The notes under the pieces are model-generated. The model was not told where the DNA came from. It saw only the letters and a list, made by a program, of their open reading frames with translations, and searched no databases. 64,000 nt of DNA from Eledone cirrhosa (Eukaryota), in assembly GCA_964016885.1 (NCBI GenBank), contig OZ024740.1, positions 98,890,001 through 98,954,000 of the forward strand, in the 5' to 3' direction. Position numbers and translations under genes: made by a program. The stretch's first letter is position 1. Each line of letters opens with the position of its first letter. This document shows, one piece after another, positions 55,775 to 64,000 of this stretch.

Positions 55775-55846
55775 TATATATATATATATATACATACTTA
55801 TATATATATACACACATATTTATATATATATACACATATTTATGTC

Positions 55847-55878
<32 letters not shown>

Positions 55879-57030
55879 ATATCTGTTACATACTTACTGA
55901 TGCAAATATTGGTATGTAGGTGTCAGTACAACATATGTATGTATAGGAGTTTTGCCATGTATGATGAATAACACTGCTAAATGGAAACCACTTTGCTTTT
56001 CTTTTTCTTCGTCTCCTTCTGCTGCTGCTGTTTGCTTTTCTTCTTCTTCAAAAGATCCAATAAGATGACCTCATGAATCTATTTCGAAAATGCTATTTCA
56101 TTGTAACATAAAACTAATTCATATGATTGTGTGAATGCGTTGTAACTCTCTTCCATGTTTCACCTATTCCCTTGCGGCAAGTATTAGTCTATATACTATT
56201 GGTATATTTTATTGTAGTATGAATCAGTTGAAATATATATTAAGTCAATGGATTCCTCCTGCTCATCTCTACCACCTGGTGCTTATATAATTCATGTATT
56301 TGTATACTAATATTGCTGAGTCAAGAGTTCATATATTTCATATATACTTTATTCTGTATCCTAATTGTTATTGCAAAATGTAGTTGCAAGCATGTCTGAG
56401 TGGCTAAGAAGTTCACTTAGTAATCATGAGGTTCTGAATCTGATCTCACTTTGCACAAACATCTTTATCCTATCTTTTGGTGAACCCAAGCTTTGTAAGT
56501 GAAGTTGAGTCAATGAATAGCAGCTGTATGGGAGCTCACCCCATAGATTGTATCTGTAATTTAAAGTTCTAGCTATATTACATATTTTTTAATTCTGATC
56601 TGGCTTTAAAATTGCATTAAAGTTAGATATTCAGTCGTTCAACTGAATACTCTTTGTCAGACTAACAGAGGACTCATCATCCTCCTCATCATCAGTGGGA
56701 TTGAATCGGTAAACTAGTTGGTACTCTGTAAAATTGTTAACATTATGAAGGGCATCCAGCTGTAAAAGCCATGGTAAAACTGGGATGCATGTAATTTAGA
56801 TGTGATTCCTTGGTATATATTGGAGGTCACTATTAGTGATTGAGTATTGACTCTCTTTTGAACATCCAAGACTGGCAACAGAATGGGAGTAAAGTATCCT
56901 AAAACTTGCAATCAGACCTGAATGCTTACAACAGAGTTGATTCCACTAAAATCTGCTATGAATCAGGGATTTTTGATAAACTAGGTTTCAGATTAACTCT
57001 ATCATTCAAATAGCCCACAGAGAAATTTAA

Positions 57031-57248
57031 CCCTTTAACATTTACATTACTCTATATTTACTACTGTATTTTCACAGTAAACACTTTACCTTACATAATT
57101 ATCTCACATAATATTGAATCTATGAGATTGTGATATTTAGTTTGAGAACAATACCTTAACATCCATATGAGCAGCTTGTTACGGCTGGTTTGAACAGATA
57201 GAAGTGAGAGAATTCTGGCCGGATATGGCTGGTTTAAATGCTAAAGGC
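57031..57248. mobile_element. TTAA-flanked MITE (piggyBac-like ends)
   Basis: TTAA-ccctttaacattta ... taaatgctaaaggc-TTAA; imperfect 14-bp TIRs. Confidence 0.6.
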
Positions 57249-58596
57249 TTAAACACAGAATGAAAAGATTCAGAACAAATACCAATGCAAAAATGATCCT
57301 GCCAGTTTATTTCTCTAGATTGGTGCTTTATATATTGAGCCAGGAAGGATTTCAATTCAGAAATGAAGGAACCAGAATAAATACCCCATGATATTTTAAC
57401 TGGTGTACTAATGCTTCTGTAAATTACCTAGCTATGTGCATCTATGTTCAGTTAATGTTGTTTAGCCACTCATATTCCTAGTCTCAGTTGAGAAGGATAG
57501 ATCATTCTTATTCCATTGTCCATGTTCTGATTATCTTAATATTTGTTAATTAAATACTAGTGATATTGCTTGTTAGTTCTATTCAGACTAGAGTATATAC
57601 TGATAAAATAAATCAGTGTTTGAACTCATGGTTATAAGATAGATTAGTAAATTACCCAATGATTTTATTTCTGTAAGGTGGTGTTCCATTATGGTCATAG
57701 TCACAATAGGGAGAATATGCTAAGGAGTGCAGTAATAAATCAATAGTGATGGTGCTATAATAAAATGTATCCAGTAAACTGGTTAGCATTAGAAACTATG
57801 CCAAAATATGGGACATATAAGCAAACATTTTTCTGAGGCCTGACAGTGCTGACCCATCCAACTCATGCTAGCATGGAAAACATGTAAAATGATGATGTTG
57901 ACAATGGTGGTGGTGGTAGAGGAGGTGTTGGTGGTTGTGGTATTGGTTGTCTGTGGTGGTGAACAAAGCAAAGGTCCAATAAGTTAACATTCACAGATTC
58001 TTTCCATTCATACTTGTTAGGTAAAAATGAATAAGAAAATGTTATGAATAATTAGAAAAACGAAAACAAAATTCTGTAAGCATATAATATAAGATTTATT
58101 AGTTTTCTGCTACAGTATATCGTAATATATACTGCGTGAAGAGTAGATTGGATGAGGTTGAGTATCATAAGAGTGATCTAGTATGGCAGTAAAATATTTT
58201 ATTATATATATGTTTGAAGTGTGTGATGCAGCATAACAATGAATAGATTTTTGATGATGCCGTATGACAATGAAATTATCATTATCATGTGTGGATATCA
58301 AAAGTACTATGTACTGTACTATAGCATTAAAATGATAAGAGATTGTAAAAATTTACGAGGATGTCATAATGAAACTTCATCCATAGAAAAATTCTAACCG
58401 AAAATAGGCAAGAGACTAATGATGAGACAAGACACTTATGTAAATGGGAATAGAAATGTTAAAACACTAAAAGAATATTTTACTCAAGTACAAGATTTAA
58501 GAATATATATATCATCATCATCATCATCATCTTCGTTTAACGTCCGTTTTCCACGCTAGCATGGGTTAGACACATATATATATATATATGTATGTG

Positions 58597-60828
58597 AGGT
58601 GTTCAGGATTGCTAGGCAATGTGTCAAGGAAAACCGTGATATTGTCGGGGAGAAGTGTGTACTTAATGATGATGGCGTACTTGCCATCACTGACGCTGAT
58701 AAGAAGGTAGCTTGGAAGTGTCACTACGAAAGGCTACTAAATGAGGAGAATAAATGGGAGAAAGACAGTCTCACCCACATTGACCCAATAGAGGGACCAG
58801 CAGTGTTAGTCGAAGGTAGTATAATAAGTAAGGCAATCAAAGATATGAAGACGGGTAAGGCGGCTGGGCCTTCAGAAATAGTTGCTGAGATGCTGAAAGC
58901 CTCTGGAACGGTGGGACACACCATGGTCACCCGGAGAGTAAACCAAGTCACACAGAATGGGGTTGTTCCGAAGGACTGGCGTAGCAGCATCATTATTAAC
59001 TGCTACAGGGGTAAAGGAGACGCCCTAGATAGGAGTAACTATAGAGGCATTAAATTAATCGACCAGGTCATGAAGGTCACGGAAAAAGTAATAGCGCAAC
59101 TAATCAGAGAGAGAATCGATCTAGATGAAATGCAGTTCGGGTTTGTGTCAGGCAAAAGTACCACAGACGCTCTTTTCATTGTACGACAACTACAGGAGAG
59201 GTACCTAGCTAAAAGTAAACCCCTATACTTAGCTTTCGTCAACTTGGAGAAAGCCTTTGACAGAGTCCCCCGTTCCATTATCTGGTGGGCTCTTAGAAAA
59301 CTAGGTGTTGATGAATGGCTTGTGAGAGCTATACAAGCCATGTATAAAGAAACAGTCAGCAAGGTTAGAATTAACAACAAATATAGTGAAGAGTTTAGCG
59401 TAAAAGTTGGTGTTCATCACGGCTCTGTTCTTAGCCCCTACTATTTATTATTGCCCTTCAGGCTATAACAGTGGAGTTCAAGACCGGCTGCCCATGGGAA
59501 CTCCTATACGCAGATGATCTAACACTCATAGCTGAATCAATGGCCGAGCTAGAGAAGAAATTCCAAACATGGAAGCACGGCCTAGAATCAAAAGGCCTTA
59601 AAATTAACCTGGCTAAGATTAAAGTTCTAGTTTGTAGGAAAGAAAATAAGGCGCCGGTCCCTTCCAGGAAATGGCCATGCTCAGTGTGTAGGAAAGGCGT
59701 AGGTAGAAACTCCATTTTATGTCCCAAATGCAAAGTATGGGTGCATAAAAGATGTAGTGGGATCATAGGTAAGCTAACTAAGAACATAGATTCTACATGT
59801 GGCCGGTGCTCTGGTGCAATAAGTAGCAGCAAGTCCCCTCAAAATACTAGCTCTTTCAATTGCGCAGAGGGTTCTATAGAAATAGTGGAGAGCTTCCGTT
59901 ACTTGGGTGACAAAATTAGCAGTGGGGGAGGGTGCTCTGAAAGTACAGTAGCTAGAGTCAGAACTGGATGGAAAAAGTTCAGAGAGCTTATACCACTATT
60001 AGCCGCTAAAGGGTTCTCCCTAAATATGAAAGACAGCCTGTATGATGCCTGCATACGAACAGCAAAGTTGCATGGCAGTGAGACCTGGGCATTGTGGGCA
60101 GAGGATATAGGCAGACTAGAGAGGAACGAAGCTTGCATGCTCCGCTGGATGTGTAATAGTAATATACGCGAACGGCAAAGCATAAACGAACTAAGGGAAA
60201 CATTAGAAATAAGAGGGATCAGATGTTGTTTAGTCGAGAGAAAGCTACGTTGCTATGGTCACGTGATGCACATGAAAGACGACAGCTGTATAAAAAAGTG
60301 CAGGGCAATAAAGATAGACGGTAGCCACGGAGTAGGCAGACCCAGAAAAAACCTGGGACGACCTGATAAACTCCGACCTCACACACTTACACCTCTCCAA
60401 GACAATGTCACTGGACCGAGATCTTTGGCGGCACTCAGTAATAGAGAAGACCCACCTTATCTAAATACAAAGTAAAACCTACTACAGTCAGTAGGCATCT
60501 CTACCAAAATACCCCCCCCCCCCATCCACACCGCCCCTTTCAATGTAAAGTGTGCCACAACATCCAGGCCGAAACAAATGAGATCGTGTAGGTGTCACGA
60601 CAAAAAAACACACAGTCCACGCTGTAATGTGGCCGTGTAGGCAACATGGTAAAAACCTCCCAGTCCCACACTGTAAATGTGGTTGGTGTTAGGAAGGGCA
60701 TCCAGCTGTAGAAAACCCGCCAGACAGTCCTATGCGAGCAAGACAACCACTCTTGCCTCAAGTGGGAAAACTCCCGTCCAAACCCATGCAAGCGTGCAAC
60801 ATGGACGTTAAACGATGATGATGATGAT
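58597..60828 (+). mobile_element. RTE LINE including 3' UTR and (gat)n tail
   Basis: ORF above plus a 3' UTR ending 'ggacgttaaacgatgatgatgatgat'. An inverted tail fragment sits just upstream at 58510-58571. Confidence 0.9.
58599..60475 (+). pseudogene. RTE-clade LINE reverse transcriptase, 5'-truncated, one frameshift near 59450, with a PHD-like Cys cluster
   Basis: GKAAGPSEI, NYRGIKL, QFGF..GKSTTDA, AFVNLEKAFDRVP, GVHHGSVLSP, LLYADDL, FRYLG, HGSETW, YGHV; C..C...C..C..WVH..C...C..C. Confidence 0.95.
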
Positions 60829-60837
60829 ATATGCAGA

Positions 60838-61008
60838 GGTTATATTTAATTTGTTGGGATACATCAAGCTTAAAAGTATTTTTATAACTGATATAAAGCA
60901 CTCAACAAATTATTGGAGTAAATATACAATATATTAACAAATGGAAACTATATTTATATATAAATATGGTTTTATAAATATAGTTTCCATATGTTAATAT
61001 ATTGTATA
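60838..61008. repeat. Mini-foldback built only from the post-ribozyme tail of the 15-24 kb PLE family
   Basis: 60838-60955 matches 15002-15118; 60961-61008 matches 20112-20158. Confidence 0.8.
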
Positions 61009-61020
61009 TATATATATATA

Positions 61021-61103
61021 TATAAAATGTGCAGTAACAAGGGCGGTGCCCCAGCATGGCCTCAGCCGGATGGCCGGAACAGGTAAAAGATAAAACATAA
61101 TAG

Positions 61104-61194
<91 letters not shown>

Positions 61195-61262
61195 CGAGCA
61201 ACAAGGGCGGTGCCCCAGCATGGCCTCAGCTGGATGGCTAGGACAGGTAAAAGATAAAAGAT
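61021..61262 (+). repeat. Two direct copies of a ~75-bp repeat separated by (TA)n
   Basis: 'aacaagggcggtgccccagcatggcctcagc...acaggtaaaagataaaa' occurs twice. Confidence 0.8.
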
Positions 61263-61654
61263 ACATACATACATATATATGTATATGTACGTATATATGT
61301 ATGTATATATACATATATATAGAGAGAAAGAGGGAGATAGTGAGAAAGTCGATAGAATATATGGCAACTGCAAATCTAGACAATAAATGTTTCAGGAATT
61401 AGCTTTCTACTCATCACATAATGGAAAAAAGTTTTTCAAATAGCATAAAGAAATTTTACTGATATTGAATATTCATCATAATATATCGGGAAATGCAGAA
61501 AATATATAATTGAATGAATGATGAGAACAATGAAGATGATGATGATAACAGTTGTGGGGATGATGATGACAATGGTGATGATGATGGAGATAAGAATTGT
61601 GGGGATGATGATGACAATGGTGATGATGATGATAATAATAAGACTAATAATGGT

Positions 61655-62415
61655 GGAAAAGCAATTTATTGTGTACCACACTCATGGATACTGGAGACAC
61701 TTCACATGAATAATACCACTTCTGTACTAACATAGTTTATCACCCATGCCATGTAAATATGGAAACAAATATATCCATAAAAAGCAAAACAAAAATGATA
61801 AAAACCAGACCTATATCCATATGTAGGACCTATAATGGATACTTCTTATCCTCTCTACTCTTCTGCTTAGCCCTCACCCCATTAATAAATCTGCTGAATG
61901 AAACCACCAATAGTTATAAATGCTATACATATCATAAACCATCTGATCTATATGGATGACTTAAACGTATACCCAAGTAACCAACTTAACTGGAGGGCTT
62001 ACTGAAATTATCCATGAATTTAGCTACTGCATCTAAATGAGTATGGGATTATAAAAACGTGCTAAAACTGAGAACATTAAATTAAACACAAAATACTATA
62101 ACCAGAGAATTTGATTAGAACAACCTACACAAATGCTTAGAACTTGAAATTGATACAATAATGTACACAGGAAATTAGAAAAATATTAAAAATGCTCCCA
62201 TTAGCAGAATTTCTTCTGGCTCTTTTACATTCTGCGTTCAAATCCTACCAACGTCACATTTGCCTTTCTTCCTTCCAAGGTTGATAAAATAATGTTCCAG
62301 GATTTGATTCAATCAACTCTGCCCAAATTTGATGGCCTTGTGCCTAAATTAGAAATCAATTTTAAAAACTGAACAGATGCTAGAAATAAGATAATAGGAA
62401 TAGATAACCTAGCCC
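61655..62415 (+). pseudogene. Degraded non-LTR RT fragment (R4/Dong-like), interrupted by a SINE at ~62200-62360
   Basis: KA...VPHSWILETL, LS.LLFCLALTPL..LLN, INHLIYMDDL. Confidence 0.65.
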
Positions 62416-62757
62416 TCCACAAAAACTCAAATTTATGAGTGAGGGAGATAATAAATTGACCTCATATCATAGTTTTCATAGACACGAGAAACAAAGGGTG
62501 AGCTAAACTAAAAAGTCATATTATAGATAATTAGCCCATATCTGCCACCCTCTTTCAAATTTTGGCACAAAGTCATTTTAATTTAAGAAAAATAATTCTG
62601 TCCATCTAATTAAACCCTGTACTTGAATCATATATATTTTACAAACCATCACTCTTGTCTTTATTTTCCCCTGTGTATATATATATATATACATATATAT
62701 ATTGTATTGTTTTTGCAAGGTTTCTTAACTGTAGACGGGTGTTGAAACAGATATTTT

Positions 62758-62990
62758 TATACTTTGGGAGGGTCATGCTGCCAATAAAAACACACGCACT
62801 TATGGTTTTCACTTCAATTTATAACAAATTTCCAGTTGGTTGGTTTAATAACTGGATGGTTGTTTATTTATTGTCATTAAATAAAGAACAATTCAGTTAT
62901 TAAGCCAACCACTAGAAATTTGTAATAAATTGAAGTGAAAACCAAGAGCTGCATGTGTTGTTATTGGCAGTATGACCCTCCCAAAGTATA
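62758..62990. mobile_element. Foldback, shorter member of the 1888-2388 family (no hammerhead)
   Basis: ttatactttgggagggtcat... / ...atgaccctcccaaagtataa. Confidence 0.8.
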
Positions 62991-63240
62991 AGAAAAAAAA
63001 AAAATTTATATATACATATATGATGATGATGATGATATATATATATATATATATGTACATATATAGTTACACACTTATATCTGTATATATATATATATCT
63101 ATATATGTCTAATATAAAAAGCATCTACAGGATTAGAACTATTTCATTCGTGAGAAATCATCAGAAAGCTGCTTTGTATTGAGTACCTTACTTACTGTGG
63201 GTACCCCCGATTGAACCTGGGATAACTTATATATATATAT

Positions 63241-63622
63241 AAGTGTGCTAGCAGGCAAAGTGTATGATAAAGTTATATCTGTATAACTGAGACTGCACCC
63301 ATGTGTATACATATATATACATATCTAATATGTAGGCATGTAAACATGCCAGAAAAATGAAAAAATTATAACTATCTTTAACAAATTTTTGGATCTAATT
63401 GAGCACCCATCAGAAGACGTGTATATGATCACATCAACTACAATGAAACGTTTATTTGATCTTAGTATTATTCTGAATTGGACATACTAATATGCATATA
63501 ATTAGTGCTGGTTTGGGCAAATAATTATGATATACTTTTGCAAGTCGGTGCAGTCTCAGTTACATAATCTTTATTTATACAGCTATAACTTTATCATACA
63601 CTTCAGCTGCTGGCACACACTT
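63241..63622. repeat. Imperfect foldback (~60-bp arms)
   Basis: gtgtatgataaagttata...taactgagactgcacc / ggtgcagtctcagtta...tataactttatcatacac. Confidence 0.7.
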
Positions 63623-64000
63623 CTTATTATATATCTTAATTAATTGTCATGAGTGCTAAATATATATAAATTATTTCGTCCATTTCAGAATAATAATAAG
63701 AGCAAATGGGAATATCATCATCATCATCATCATCATCATTTTACGGCTGCTTCGCCCTACTTGCAAGGGTGGGATGGGTCCTATTCAGCACAGCATCTCT
63801 CCACTTGTCATCGTCCTTCATCATATATATATACACATGAAATTCAGTTCTGTGTGGTTAATTGAAAGAAATACACATCTTTGATAAATATCCAAGTAGA
63901 TACTGAAAAGAAATCTATTAAAAATATTTATCATCCTTTCAAATGACAAGCAAAGTCATATATTCTGCTATGTTTACATACATACATATTTTGATATGTA

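Noticed and set aside
61514-61660. Asp-rich ORF
   Set aside because: (GAT)n-derived low-complexity tract fused by chance to an RT fragment.

Overview
AT-rich, microsatellite-dense eukaryotic DNA with no supportable host gene. The repeat repertoire (tRNA-derived SINEs, RTE LINEs with (GAT)n tails, (TA)n/(TATG)n tracts) suggests an animal, probably an octopus or other cephalopod; this is inference. The window holds: a decayed Helitron RepHel element (~3.3-7.7 kb); at least four Penelope-like elements (PLEs; RT and/or GIY-YIG), two with the inverted-plus-direct pseudo-LTR layout; a nearly intact 5'-truncated RTE LINE (58.6-60.8 kb); CR1, RTE and R4-like fragments; two SINE families; and MITE-like foldbacks. 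The main hidden signal is RNA-level. Hand-folding shows type I hammerhead ribozyme (HHR) motifs, CUGANGA...GAAA...NUH, in roughly ten mutually unrelated sequence families. They occur in a ~423-bp head-to-tail tandem array (retrozyme-like, 1-1197), in PLE pseudo-LTRs, and at the centre of short non-coding foldback elements. Many share a palindromic mini stem III and a U-U pair at the base of stem II. All folds were made by eye and none has been tested for activity. Most short ORFs in the supplied track are microsatellite artefacts.
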